Source: Dipteris shenzhenensis
Lineage: Eukaryota
Assembly (NCBI GenBank): GCA_047967505.1
Contig: CM106538.1
Reading direction: 5' to 3' (one strand)
Length of the DNA: 64,000 nt
Shown here: in pieces, positions 33,058 to 47,427 of the stretch
Layout of the letters: each line of letters begins with the position of its first letter
Numbering within the stretch: the first letter of the stretch is position 1
Made by a program: the position numbers and the translations under genes
The notes under the pieces: generated by a model
What the model was told of the DNA's origin: nothing
The model's input: only the letters and a program-made list of their open reading frames with translations
Databases searched by the model: none

Positions 33058-36000
33058 CATGGCTGGACGCCATCGCGACGATTATGGGGATATTGACCTC
33101 AATGCAGAGGCTGACAATTTCTTTAATCACAAAAATAATAACAATCAAGGCAGGCACCCCTTGGGAAAACTGGAACTTTCCAAATATAATGGTAGGGGAG
33201 ATCCAACCCATTTCCTCCAAGATTTTGATGTCGCATGCCGAGCAGGTGGAGATGGTGGCTTGGTTTCCCATGGCCTTAACTGATGAAGCATCTGAATGGT
33301 ACCTAGATCTTCTAGTGGAAGAGCGAGCCACATGGGACCTGCTTCAAATAGAATTTAAAAGATGCTTTCAAATGGAGAGGCTACAAGATGATCCCACTCT
33401 CCAACTAAGCAAGATCGAACAAGGCCGTCGAGAAAATGTACGCACGTACCTGGGCAAGATGAAAAGATTACTTGCCAAATGTGACCCACGCCCCAATGCA
33501 AAGTACCTCACGACCTAGCTCATTGCAGGACTAAGAAAGAAAATCTAGAAGGATATGAAAAAGATTACCAGCTATGAAAAGTTTAGTGCTGCTCATACGA
33601 CAGCCACTGACATCGAGGATGGCATGATAGACTCTGATAGTAGCAGTGATGATGGTAGATCTAGTGCATGAGATAAGCACTCTAAAAAGGAAAAATCCAA
33701 GTCCATTGCCAAAACATCAAATGAACATCGCCTAGAGGCCATGGCCATGAAGCTAAAAGAAGACATGATGCAGGCCATGGAACAAAAACTTCACTTGTCT
33801 TAGCCGCCAACTTAGACATATCCATGGCGAGAAAATGTCTAGTGTCCACACTACATGGCCAATCATATAGCAAATGAGTGCCTGGTCCTAAGAGCTAGGA
33901 TCACTACACAAGCAAATCCACCACCAAGGTTGTGGTGCCATATCTGCATCGTCAATAGTCATGATGAAAACAGTTGCATCTTCAACATGTGCAACAACCT
34001 GCCTCGACCTCAATAATACCAAGTGGCACCCATGCTAGTGTATAGGCAACTGGCACTTGCATAAGCACCCCCAGATCTGAGGCTAAATCCTATTCCCGTT
34101 TAGACACAAGTCCCACAACTACTCAGGAATCCGAATCCATGACCATATCCAAGAGCACCAAATCTAGGTCCTCAGGCAGTTCCAATGCATCAATTACAAG
34201 CCGAAGAAGTAGACTCACCATTTGAGTATGAAGTAGAGTACTCAATGTACTATGTAGAAGGTGTAGAGGGTCTAATACCAATTTATGCAAATCAAGTACA
34301 TCCCAACACACATAGAGCACCAATCAAGTGCTACGGTTGTGGAGAATATCACCGGGGCTAATACCAATTTATGCAAATCAAGTACATCCCAACACACATA
34401 GAGCACCAATCAAGTGCTACGGTTGTGGAGAATATCACCGGATTACAGAGTGCCCTCATCGTGGTAGCCCTACTAGTTTCCAACAACTTTGTAGAGATTA
34501 GGGCATAGGACATGCCTGTTTGGATTGTCCCATGAAAAATATGGTCCCACAACAAACAGAGGTTAAACCTGATGTCCCAATCGGCATCATTGGGGTGGAC
34601 CATCAAAGCCTAGGGCCGGCAAGCATAATGTCACAACCTGTGAATGTAATTACATGCCAACAGAAATAGGCCACCAAAGACCCTAACATTCCAATCCAAC
34701 CAAAGCGACTTCTTAAAAAGAAGCACAAGTGCCTCCACTCTACCAAGCAATGAGCAACCAAGCTCATCCACATCATCTCTAGAGCCTCAAATAAAAGAAT
34801 CTCCATACCCAAATGCAAAAGTGGAGAAGGCTCATTTTCAAGCACTTCAACAACGGGTACAAAAGGTACAAGCTCAATTTGAGGCTGAGAAATAAGCTCA
34901 AGGTCCAATCAATGACTCGGCTCCACAAAGTATTGATACTGTACTTGAGCTTCTCTTTAAACAACAGACTCCATGACATAAGGTATCACCATGTCAACTT
35001 GAAGGAGTTGCACTCTTTAGCATCCTGAGTTGCCCTGTGTCAATTCCCATCGGAATTGTCCCAATCTCTGGAAGAGTTTCAAAGGATGGATTGAACTCGC
35101 AAATCCCCCTCCACCTATGGACGACATTGAAGATATCCTTGTGTGGATGGGTGAGAGAGATAACATATGTAACATTACTGTGCCTTTGATCCACAAGGCA
35201 TATAATGAAGTCCAAGCCATAGTGGATGGTGGAGCAGGTATAAATGTCCTATCAAAGGAGCCCTATGATGAATGGGGTCTCCCACCAATGCAAAAGGCTA
35301 ATTTCATCATACACTTTGCCAATGATTCACAGGCTAAACCCTTGGGAATAGTGAATGGCATGTCCACAAAGGTCGCAAGAGTCTGCTTTTCCCTTCAATT
35401 CACAATCTTGGATCTTCCCAAAAAATCCTATCAAATCTTACTGGGACGTCCTTGGTTATGGGAAGCATTAGTCCTCCATAACTGGGGAATTGATAGACTT
35501 ACAATCCAGAATCGTGACACCGCAGTCAGGGTGAATGTGGTACAAGAGCTATAAAACCAATTGTGCCTAGAGTGTTGGATGACACATCTTCAACGACAAT
35601 CGTAGGCAAATCAGCTCCATGCCATAGCGGGTGATTCACAAAGCAATGTCAATAACTAGATACAAACATTGGCAACCATCGACAACTACCATTCATTAGA
35701 CCCCATCTTCTCACAGATAGATGCTAAGGTGCTACAAGTAGATCCTCCACTCACACATGAAGAACCAATCGATCTAGAGATGCCATTCTTTATGGCTGAC
35801 CTCAAGTGGGATAATGAACTTGAAGAAGGTACCCATACCAATGATGACTCAGATTTTCCTTGGGACCTTGAAATAGAGGCTGAGAATGCTAAAATTGAAG
35901 ATCAAGTCTCTGACAATGACTTAGCCATTTTGCATGACCTAATGGCAGTCGAGCTTCAAAAATTTGAACCTCCAAAGTTGAATAACAGCAGAAGATCCCG

Positions 36001-39000
36001 CAAGAAAGTTGAAGGAGGAAATCGCAGAAAAGCCAAGGCTGCACACTCCAATGAATTCAAACGAGTCCAAACAAGGATCGTCTAATTGTATCTTGCAAAG
36101 CCAGCTCCCTCAAAATTAGAACAACCACCTCTTAAATGGTTCCTTGAGGGACTGGAAGGAGTATGCGCAGCAAATGAACCCTTACTGGGAAACACCTTAC
36201 CAGTGGAAAAGTTACCCCACAGTTCCTAATGTAAGAAGTTTCAAAAATATAAGCCACATGTGCGGATGAAGCTCGATCAAGAGACTTTAGAAAAAGAAAG
36301 TCAAAAAGAGCCTAACAAATTGGTAAATGAAACTATGCCACCCAATACACATGGCACATGTCAGGCTAGTTCAACACCATCAAAGGCCGATCTTTGAGAA
36401 GTGCCAGAGTACTTCAAGAATTACATGTGGCAGTGCCCTAATAGCAATGCCAAGACCACTAAGAGAATTTGAAGTTCAAGAAACTGATAGCATTGGAGAA
36501 ACTCCAATCTATGAGGGACTGGCAAAAACACACACAATAAACCTCGTCCTGGAAGGGGAGGAAGAAAAACTGGTTCTCATTGGGAAACAACTTTGGTAGA
36601 AAGATGAAACCAAACTCAAAGCACTCCTAATAGAATACCGTAATTGCCTAGCATGGTCATACAAAGAGATGAAAGGAATTTCACCAGACGTGGCAGTATA
36701 CATGATACCTATAAGGGAAGGTGCTCACCCTAAGGTATGTGGACCTTATCGCACAAATCCTAAGTATGGCACCATAGTTTATGAGACGAGCTGGAAAAAC
36801 TCCTAGATGCCAGATTCATCTACAAGATAGAGCACATTGATTGGGTTTCACCCATCATCATTGTGCCTAAACGCAATAAAAAGCTTAGAATATGCATAAA
36901 CTTAAAGAATATGAATGCTGCCACAATTAGGGATCACTATCCCCTACCCTTAATAGAAACAGTGTTGGAAAAGGTGGCAAGCTCCAAAATATATAGCTTC
37001 TTGGATGGCTTCAGTGGCTATAACCAAGTGCAAATTGCTCCTAAAGACCAATCAAAAACAACATTTGCTACAGAATGGGGTATTTTTGCATATAGAGTCA
37101 TGCCATTCGGCCTTTGTAATGCCCCGGCCACATTCCAGCGAGTCATGTTCACAGCTTTCAAGTCATTTCTGAATAAGTTTTTACAAGTGTTCTTGGATGA
37201 TTTGTGCATCCATTCAAAACAAAAAGACCACTTCAAATGTCTTGAAGCAGTACTAATCAAATGCAAGGAGTAGGGCATCTCCCTAAATCCAACAAAATGC
37301 CAGTTCATGGTCACCCACGGAGTTGTTTTGGGACACATCGTTTCTCAACATGGGATTGCAACTGACATGGACAAAATCAAAATCATCATGGAATTGCCTC
37401 CTCCTACAAATTCCAAAAGTGTACAGGTCTTTATGGGACATGCCGACTATTATAGAAGATTTATATTGTGGTATGCCATGATAGCTAGACCACTTTACAA
37501 ATTATTAGTGGAATTCTTATGGACAAAAGAGTGCGACCAAGCCTTTGAGCTTTTAAAGTGGTGCCTAATCACAACACCCATCCTTATATCTCCCAATTGG
37601 TATATTGATTTTCATGTTCATACTGATGGATCCAAGTATGCAATTGAGAGTGTGCTTTGTCAACCTGGTGAACATAAGAAAGACTACCCATTCTACTTCA
37701 CCAGTCGACAACTCAATGATGCAGAGATCAACTATACCACCACAGAAAGAGAAGCCCTAGCAATGGTGTATAGCATTAAGAAATTTCGGCACTATCTACT
37801 GGCAAATGATTTTGTCTTCTACACCAACCATCAAGCATTGCTTTATCTTGTGAACCATTTGTGTACAACATGAAGAATAACCAGATGGCTCCTCTTGCTT
37901 CAAGAATTCAACTTTAAAATAGTGGTCTGCAAAGGTGCCCAACACTACATTGCCGATCACGTCTCGTGTCAAGTTGGGAGAAGCCGCCATTGGAGTAGAA
38001 GACAACTTGCCAGATGCCACACTATTTCAAATAGATGCTATTCCAGAGTGGTGTGGAGATATCATTGGGTACTTAATGGCAAGAAGAAGATGCCAGAAAA
38101 GTAATTCAAAAGGCTGCACCCTATCAACTCATTGCAGGACAACTATACAATATGGGCAAGGACCAGGTATTAAGAAGATGTGTAATGCCTCATGAGATCA
38201 TGCCAATCTTGAGTGAAGTCCACGATGGCATTGCAAGAGGACACTTCCAAGGGGAAGGCACAGCAAGAAAAGTCCTCCTCGCAGGCTATTGGTGGCCAAC
38301 ACTATGGGCAAATGCCTATGAATATGTAAAGGGCTGTGATGTATGCCAATGGACTACTAAACCACAACACAAAGACTTCAATCCCCTAACAACAGTTGTT
38401 GCACAAAAACCATTTGAAAAATGGGGGATTGACTATGTGGGTCCCATCCATCTAGTAGCAAAGGGAACACATGCACGCTACATCATTGTGGCCACTAATT
38501 ACTTTACAAAATGGGCTGAACTAAAGCAGTCAGAAAGGCAAATGCCAGAAGCATAGCAAGATTCTTATATGAAAATGTGATCACCCGATTCGAACGCCCC
38601 ATTGAAATTGTGTTGGATAGACACACACATTTTATCAATGAGGTAATCCAAGAACTCTTGTTTAGCTTTATGGTAATCCATAGAGAAAGCACACCCTACT
38701 ACCCCCAAGGGAATGGAGAGGCCGAATCCACCAACAAAATATTATGCATTATCCTCACTAAGGTAGTAGAACCACAGTGTTCTGATAGGGCAAAGAAATT
38801 GAATGCAGCCTTATGGGCATACAGAACCACACTCAAGGTCAGTACAGGGAACACACCTTTTCAATTGGTGTACGGCCTTGAAGCTGTGATCCCACTAGAA
38901 TTTGTAAAACCAAGCCTATGCATAGCAGTACATGTATGCATGGGAGACCATGAATCCTTGAAAAAAAGACTCTATTAGTTGGAGAAGCATACAGAGACAA

Positions 39001-39290
39001 GACTAGTTGCCTACCATGCCATGACAACAGAAAAATGTAGAAGAAAGACATGGTTTGACAGAAATCTTAAAGCTAAAGACATGAAGGAAGGTGACTTGGT
39101 CTTGTTATACAAGGCCAAAGTACATAAGGGGAAATTGAAGTATCTAGGTCAAGGACCCTATCAAGTAAGAAAGATGAATCCCATCGAAGTGTGCTGCTAC
39201 AAACATTAGATGGAGTCCAATTCAACACAACCATAAACGAGAGCCGATTGAAGCGATACAACATCAACACGCAAGCCATCCCCGACAATA
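33058..39290 (+). pseudogene. Gypsy gag-pol of element A (degenerate)
   Basis: gag (ALTDEASEWY..TWDLLQIEF), several CCHC-like knuckles 33840-34530, PR AIVDGGAGIN, RT FLDGFSGYNQ..MPFGLCNAPATFQR..FLDD, RH HTDGS..NYTTTERE, INT HDGIARGH..CDVCQ..WGIDYVGP..GPY. Confidence 0.92.
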
Positions 39291-40101
39291 ATGAAGTTTT
39301 GGGAACCCTATGTCTTCAATTGTTTGCACTTGATTGTTACACGCGCACTCACTAGCATATGCACGTTTTTGCACATATAGTTTGCACTAGATTGTTACAT
39401 GCAGCATATGCATGTTTTTGCACATCTAGGAAGACCTAATTAATTTTTAGGGATGATTGAGTCTTAGTTTCCCTATTAAATCCCACAAATAAGCATATAG
39501 TTAGTCCCTACCTAATCAACATATCACGTGCCCTCACACGATTTTGCATAAGCACATAATAGATTGCATCAATAATAGTATCACACACTTTCATTCCATA
39601 CTCTCAAAGCATGCAAAACCAGGACAAGAAGCTATGCCAAAACTCAAGATGAATTGGCAAAAGAGTCTATAGCCTCAGCAACGAGACCCTTGCCAAACAT
39701 CACAGCCATCTCCTAAATGTAAAAATATTAGACTTACATACAAACTTATCTACAAGCTCAATGATACAGGTGCAATCACATCCAACATGTATGCAAGATA
39801 GCAAGAAATACCAACCTCAACAACGAGGCCCCTGCCAAACCTCTTCCTAAGAAGATTTGATGGCAGAGTCCGTAGCCTCAACAGCAAGATCCCCTCTGAA
39901 ATTCACAGCCATCTACCCCTCCTCAAGAGGAGATAAGCTTTCTGATTACAAACCACAAATGGTATGGTGTAAAAGCATTACAGCAGGAATGACTCACATG
40001 CTACAAGCTTAATAGCCACTGGGTTACACACACGGCATCCCAACTTCAAAATCAAAATCAGCCATAACTCGAGGACGAGTAATCAAATGGATCCGGGAGT
40101 A

Positions 40102-41299
40102 TGTTGTCTCTGTGCCAACATGGACTTAGGTAGTACAAAATGTGTGTGTAGAGTAGCGGCAAAGCTCCGCTTGTACTTGCACAAGGCTAGAAATAATCCC
40201 TCTTAGAAATCCAACTTGCATGTTCTACATGCAAGTTCTACATACGATTCCTACATGCAACTCCTACATGCAAGTCCTACATGCAACTCCTACATGCAAG
40301 TCCTACATGCAACTCCTACATACAAGTTCTACATGCAACTCCTACATGCAAGTTCTACATGCAACTCCTACATGCGACTACATGCGAGTTCTACATGCAA
40401 CTCCTACATGCACCATGCAACTCCTACATGCAACTTGCAACTTCTACATGCAACTTCTAAATGCAAGTCCTACATGTAGAGAGAGAATGTCTTACAATTC
40501 CTACATGCAAAGAGAGAAGTTGTCCAACTTGTATAAATACCCCATAATGGAATGAAGCCCACACTCTTTGGGGCATTGTGTTGAGTTTTATTTTGGTATT
40601 CCAAGCAATTGCCTCAAGTGTCCATGCTTCCTTGCACTCCACATCCAAAAGCATGTCCTAACCTTGCAACTCCTCCTCCCCTCTCTTCCAACCTTGCAAT
40701 CCATCCTCTCTTCCTCCTCCTCCCTCCTCCTCCTCCCTCCTCCTCCTCCCTCCTTCTCTCCCTCCTCCCTCCTCCTCCTCCTCCTCCTCCTCCTCCTCCC
40801 TCCTTCTCTCCCTCCTCCCTCCTCCTCCTCCTTCTCTCCCTCCTCCCTCCTCCTCCTCCCTCCTCTCTCTTCTTTCCCCCATGCTCTTACACCTTCTTCC
40901 TCTGCCACTCCTATGCTCTCCCTAAACCCTTAGTTCCTCAATCCTTAACCTCCATGATCTATGAGGGAGACAAGTTCTCCACCATGTACTCTACCCTGAA
41001 CCTTGGATCCTCCTTCTAAACCTAGAACCTCTTCTAAACTCTAGAACCTCTCTCTAAACCTTGGAATCTCCTTCTAACCCTTGAAACCTCCTTCTAAACC
41101 TTGGAGCCTCCTTCTAAACTCTGGAACCTCCTTCTAACCCTTAAACTCCTCCTAAACCCTGCAACCTCCAATGAAGGCGAAAGCCTCAACCATGATGATA
41201 CATGTTCCTTTTACACATGCTTACACTATGTTTGCTCACCACACTTAAGCCTACATCTCCCATCGGAATACAACTCGAGGTCCTAAGCTACACGTATAC
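40102..41299 (+). repeat. 3' LTR of element A (3'-truncated)
   Basis: Starts tgttgtctc; homology to the 5' LTR stops after gtatact. Confidence 0.9.
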
Positions 41300-41416
41300 T
41301 TCCCCTATGATCCACAAGGATTTAATACAATAATCATGCCATGACACCGAGCCCCATAAGTCCTTCTTGATTTAAGACATTACATGGTAGTCAAAGTCGG
41401 CCAATGTATACATAGT

Positions 41417-42395
41417 GTCTTCAAATATGACCCATTCTTTGGATACACAAAAAAATTGAGGACTTCTTTTCTTGTCTATCCATAGTCATGTGCTACAATC
41501 ATATATCAAACTCTAAATTTAAGTGACAAGGAATCAAAGCAACAAACTTGAAGTCCTTGATTGGCTATTTCGAAGAAGGGAAAATGAGAAATAGAATTCA
41601 CTCTAAGGAGGCAAGTTAATTGTTTTTCATTTCTTTGTCAAGGGCTTTCTGATAAAAAGGTACTTTTGAGGGTCTTGAAACATAACAACTCATCCTTTAC
41701 ATCTACAAGTCAAAATTTTTGTGATAGCTTGTGTGGAGGTTGCACCCATTTGTCCTATCATGTAGCAATTAGGGGCTAATAAACAATCCACTATGCTAAA
41801 CATGGTCGAATGTGGAGTTGCATGCCTCGGGATCAGGAGCAGGGGAGAGCAAATTCCTAGTATCAATTGTAAGTATGCTTTCTTTTAGAATGAAAATTCT
41901 CAATGTCTTCAAACATGACGCATTCTTTGGATACACGTAAAAAATGAGGGCCTATTTTCTTGTCTATCCATAGTCATGTGCTACAACCATATATCAGAAA
42001 CTCTAAATTTAGGTGACAAGGAATCAAAGAAACAAACTTGAAGGTCCATAATTGGCTATTCTAAAAAAGGGAAAATGAGAAATAGAATTCACACTGAGGA
42101 GGTAGGTGAATTGTTTTTCATTTCTTTATCAAAAGGTTTCTGATAAAAAGTTACTTTTGAGGGTCTAAAAACATAACAACCCATCCTTTACATCTACAAG
42201 TCAAAAATTTTGTGATAGCGTGTGTGGAGGAGGTTGCACCCATTTGTCCTATAATGTAGCAATTAGTGGCTATTAAACAATCCACAATGCTAAACATGGC
42301 TTAAGGAAGAGTTGCATGCCTCGGGAGCAAGAGCACAGGGGAACAAATTCCTAGTATCAATTGCAAGTATGCTTACTTTCAGAATGAAAATTCTC
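41417..42395. repeat. ~488 bp tandem duplication, non-coding
   Basis: gtcttcaaa.atgac.cattctttggatacac at 41417 and 41905; units align throughout. Confidence 0.9.
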
Positions 42396-43529
42396 TATGT
42401 TCATGGCCTTTGTAAAGATGTTGGGCCTCTTTTACAAGAGCTATTAGAGAAGATGAATATAAGGGGGATTTGCAAGGGACTCCTTATGGTGTCACGTAAG
42501 GGTAAGGGAGGGTTTTTTTTAGAAGTTGTGGTTTAAGCTTATAAGTTAGGGGGTAAGGGGGTTTCTTTGTGGCTTGGCCGGGGGGGGGGGGCAGTTCAAA
42601 GGGGGAGGGGCATGGGGGGTGGAGAGGGAGGAAAGGAGGGAGGGATTTGAAGAAGTCTCTCAAATGGATTGTCTTTATGATTGGACTACTTATTCATACC
42701 TTGTAGCTGCTTAAAATTATACTTAAACTTTCTTTTTGTATTTTGTTCATGTGATTTAATGTATATCAAAACTTGTATTAGTTTGGATTTTGTGTGAAAC
42801 ATGATATTAAATATCACCCAAGATGTATAATATTTCTCATACACACTCAACAAAGGTAGCATATGCATATATTGTGAAAGCGCACATAAATTGAATATAA
42901 TTAAAAAAGGGTGGATTATGGTTCCTATGCTAATATGCTCCTTCAATAGGGGTAGCAATAATTTTACAATGAAAACTTATAAACTTAAAATGGGGGTATT
43001 TTTATTGCCCATAAGGAAACCTTAAATAGGGGTTTTTTTGTGAGGTTCATGCATGCAAGTGACATGGCCCTTTTATAAGAAGTGAACCCCCTAGGAGTGA
43101 ACATTCAAAAGTTTTAGGGCTTGTTCTCAATTTTCTTCTATCTTGTATGAAACTCACCTGTCCTCTAGATACTAGGGTCTAGCCATTCTCCAAAAGTCTA
43201 AAGAATTGGTCGCGGTAGAATAGACTCATGGTGGAGAGCTCTTAGTGCCCCCCCCCCCCCCCAAGTCCATCATGACATCTAAAGGTATAGTAGGTCCAAC
43301 CATATAATACAGTTGATCTCATCCCATGGGACCAAGAGATCAGGGGCATCCAAGCTATACTAAAAGGAGGGGAGATGGCCCATCTGAATACCTTGGCTAT
43401 CACACCATTTGAAATTGTGTGTGTACTAGGCCATGCGAACCTCACTCTCAACTAACTATATAGATGACTTTAGTGCTACCCTTAGTACTCTCCCTTTAGG
43501 TAAGGTCCAAACCCTATAAAGGTAAGTGA

Positions 43530-45700
43530 CAGTCTGGAAGATGGCATCAATCCTACAATGGGAATTACTTCCGAAACTTGCAAATCATAAAAAACACAAC
43601 GAAAACTATACACAAAAATATGTATGATCTTCCAAAACTCACAAACAAAAAAGATAAAAAGTGTGCTGGGTGCAATCTCCCCCCATAGGAGTGGTGCTCA
43701 CCATCTTCCACCTGCTATGTGTTTGATTGATTCAATAATTTTTAGCAACAATTGATACAAGCTCATGTACATATCCTCCATGCACGAATTGGAGATAAGC
43801 CCCACACGCCTTCTAAAATAGCTTGCCTTTTCTAGAAATAGAATTTGCATTTCCCACTAGCTAATATGCTTAGGCTGAGCCTCTAATGTTCCAAAAATTA
43901 AAATTGTACATGAGCATTTGTAATTTCAAAAACTAGGCTTTCTGAAGTAAGCCTTGTTTATTCCCCGTATCACTAGTTGTGCCTTACATGTACAAAAATA
44001 TGGTGAATCATGCTTGCCGCTTATAGCCATCACCCGATTAGTTCCTCTTCCCCTAAATTCACAACATCCATAAATAATGAAAATATTACAGGCGTAAGAA
44101 ACCTTGGAATCAATCACCAATATTACTCAATCTTTCAGCATTTAAGCGATGCAAAATCAACAAATCATAGATGGATGCTGCACACATGCGATGCATACCA
44201 TCGCATGGGGCAGACATGCATAAATCATATGGATGGTTCACACACTGCTACGCATAACGTCATCATGTAAGTAGTGCACACATTGATACACACTCATACA
44301 ACCATAGCCATATATCCAGCCATGCGTACAGATGGTGCATGCACTATTACACATACCGTCACTCATCGCGTAAGTGCTGCATACACTGCTACACACTCAT
44401 CGCATAAGTGGTGTACACACTACTACACACTCATATGAACAACAAGCACACACTGCATTAGCTGTGCGACAAAATGCTAGATCTCACAACTAAATATTGA
44501 AAGATCTTGTAACATCCCTCTTGCTTGATATCGCGATTTTCCTCAATTGCATGATAGAAAGGTAGTCAACAAATCAGGGTACTAGCAAAAATATATTGTG
44601 GGCATCCACTTTGCATCCTCTATAGGGTGGTTCTTGAATGTAACAAGATAAATGGGATATGAATGGCCAGGTCTTATCTCAGTGATTCGTGTATAAATGA
44701 TACAGTCTGGCTCTAATAGCTGGTCTCTCCTTGAAGCAAAAGTGCCTCCTCTACAATAGGTTGAATCGGTGGGTTTTCACAAAAAGGTTTCAAGAGATGC
44801 ACATGAAAAGAATTATGAATTTTCCAATGTGGCAGTAATTCTAACTGACATTGATACGCTCTAAAAGTTTAAAGGGACCATAGGATTTAGGGGGCAAACT
44901 TTACAATAGGATGTGTCTCAATACTCTTAAGTTGACACTTTTCAATTCGTAACAGTAGGTTGCCTTTTTCAAATAGAACTCTTTTTCTCCCCTTGTTTGC
45001 TCATTTAGTATATACATCTTGAGCATGGTGTATTTGGTTTGACACGATTACTTTCGGAAGGCTGTGGTGAACAAAGATATGCTTGATGAACAAATGAGTA
45101 GCTTGAACTATTGTCAAAGTCTTTTTGCACGGAATAAAATAAGCATGTTTGCTAAATCTATCTATGATAGTCTAAATCATATCAAAACCTGAGCTAGTTG
45201 TATGAAATCCATAGAGATTTGTTCCCATGGAAAGAATCAGTAAAGGCAAACCTTGATATTTGCCCTTGTAGCTCTTAACTTTCTAGCAAATAAGGCATTG
45301 TGCAACAAACAATGCAACATTGACTTTAAGCTTGGGCCAAAAAAAATATTGAACTAAATTTGACACATTGTAGTGATACCCTATGCCCCATGTAGGGTGA
45401 TTGATGCACCTCTTCTAGTACCAAATGACGAAACAATGCAGTGATGCACAAGCACTTTTCGTAGAAAAGGTAGTCATCATTAATGGAATATGAGGCCATA
45501 GGGGTACTAGCTTGCTTAATTTTATGCCAAAATTTTGAAAAGTCTCGATCAGTGGCATAGGCATCCTCCTTCATAGGCTTGAAAGGGTCTCCCTTGATGA
45601 TTGAGACATTATATAAGCTAGGTTGTTGGCTCAATGCATTAGCAACTGTATTTTCTTTACCTGATTGGTATTGGATCTTCAGTTTAAAGCAATGGGAAAG
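43530..45700 (-). mobile_element. Degenerate chromovirus-type Gypsy remnant (integrase, chromodomain, PPT, 3' LTR starting at 44514)
   Basis: VLEEVHQSPYMGH integrase zinc finger; IHNSFHVHLLKPF; YLVTFKNHPIEDAKW chromodomain-like; gcaagaggga then TGTTACA; far LTR boundary uncertain. Confidence 0.7.
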
Positions 45701-45709
45701 GGTAAGAAG

Positions 45710-45776
45710 TGAGTTTTTTTAGCGAGTTTAGGAGCGAGTTTTTCTTGGCAACCAGCATGTTTTGTTCCACTTATGA

Positions 45777-45853
<77 letters not shown>

Positions 45854-45938
45854 TTGTCGTACGTATAGATCCTCTATCTCCATCTATATGTAACTATGTC
45901 ATATCTCTCTCTATCCCCTCTCTCATGCATGCACTGTG

Positions 45939-45984
<46 letters not shown>

Positions 45985-46648
45985 CCCACCTTTTTTACCA
46001 TGATAATTTGTCTTTTTTCCCCGCCTTTTTAAGTAAAATTTTCAGCCCAAAAGGGCTTTTAAAGGAGAGCTAGCATGCATAGAATCACACCAGATACAGA
46101 ATTTCATGAAAGTAATACAAGAAAATGAGATCATTTGATGTGTTCCAATCATTTTGATACGAAACATGATTAAATTTGGATATTTCTAGCAAAAGTTGTG
46201 AAATTGTTTTTAGCCTAAGCTGGCATCCAGAGGAGGGCGCTGGTGCCCTTCTCTGGATGCCAATTTGGGCTAAGAAAAGTTATTTGATTTCTTTTTGTAG
46301 TCTCTCTCTCTCTCTCTCTCTCTCCCCCCACCCACCATGATTATTTGTCTTTTTTCCCCACCATTTTGGATAAATTTTTAGCCCAAAAGGGCTTCTTGAG
46401 GAGAGATAGCATGCACAGAATCCCACTAGATATATAATTTCATGACATTAACAAAAGAAATGAGCTCATTTGATGTGTTCCGATCGTTTTGATACCAAAC
46501 ATGACTAAATTTGAATATTTCTAGCAAAAGTTGTGAATTTTTTTAAAGCCCAAACTGGCATCTAGAGGAGGGTGTGGGCATCCTCCTCTAGATGCCAATT
46601 TGGGCTTTAAAATTTTTTGTTAATTTCTTTTTTTAGTCCCCCTCCCCC

Positions 46649-46701
<53 letters not shown>

Positions 46702-47211
46702 GTGTGTGTGTGTGTGTGTAAGAGAGAGAGGAGGGGGATACTAAAAAAAGAAATCAACAAAATTTTTTAAAGCACACTCCTCTGGATGCTAGTTTGGGAT
46801 TTTTTTTAAATCACAACTTTTGCAAGAAATATCCAAATTTAGTCATGTTTGGTATCTAAATGATTGGAACACATCAACTGAGCTCATTTCTCTTGTTATT
46901 TTCATGAAATTTTGTCTCTAGTGGGATTCTCTGCATGGTAGCTCTCCTCTAGTAGCCATTTTGGGCTAAAAATTTATCCAAAATGGTGGGAAAGAAAGAC
47001 AAGTTACAATGGTAAAAAAGGATAGAGGTAGAGAGAGACAGAGAGAGACGGCAGGACGGCAATGCGGGCATGAGAGAGGCTGTAGAGAGAGATGTGACAT
47101 AGTTAGACATAAACGAAGATAGAGGGTCTATACGTAGGACGAAGAGACAAATAAGACAAGATAGAGGGTCCACACGTAGGATGAAGACATGTGTGTGTGT
47201 GTGTGTGTGTA

Positions 47212-47258
<47 letters not shown>

Positions 47259-47427
47259 ACGAAGAGAGACATGTCATAGAGAGGGGGGTTGGTAAGGTGT
47301 TGAGAGCACACACACACACACACACACAAACACATAGAGAGAGATGTGTCATAAGTGGAATAGGTGGAACAAAACATGTTGGTTGCCAAAAAAAACTCGC
47401 TCCAAAACTTGCTCAAAAAGCTCGCTC
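45710..47427. mobile_element. Foldback/MITE-like non-coding element with long inverted arms and (CT)n/(GA)n/(GT)n microsatellites
   Basis: 45710-46300 is the reverse complement of ~46740-47427 (ttggcaaccagcatgttttgttccac versus gtggaacaaaacatgttggttgccaa); extra tandem unit 46300-46640. Confidence 0.75.

Larger units (their letters stand above)
29819..41299 (+). mobile_element. Ty3/Gypsy non-chromovirus (Athila-like) LTR retrotransposon A
   Basis: 5' LTR 29819-31107; 3' LTR 40102-41299 (last ~110 bp missing); Asp-type PBS; gag-PR-RT-RH-INT order. Confidence 0.92.
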
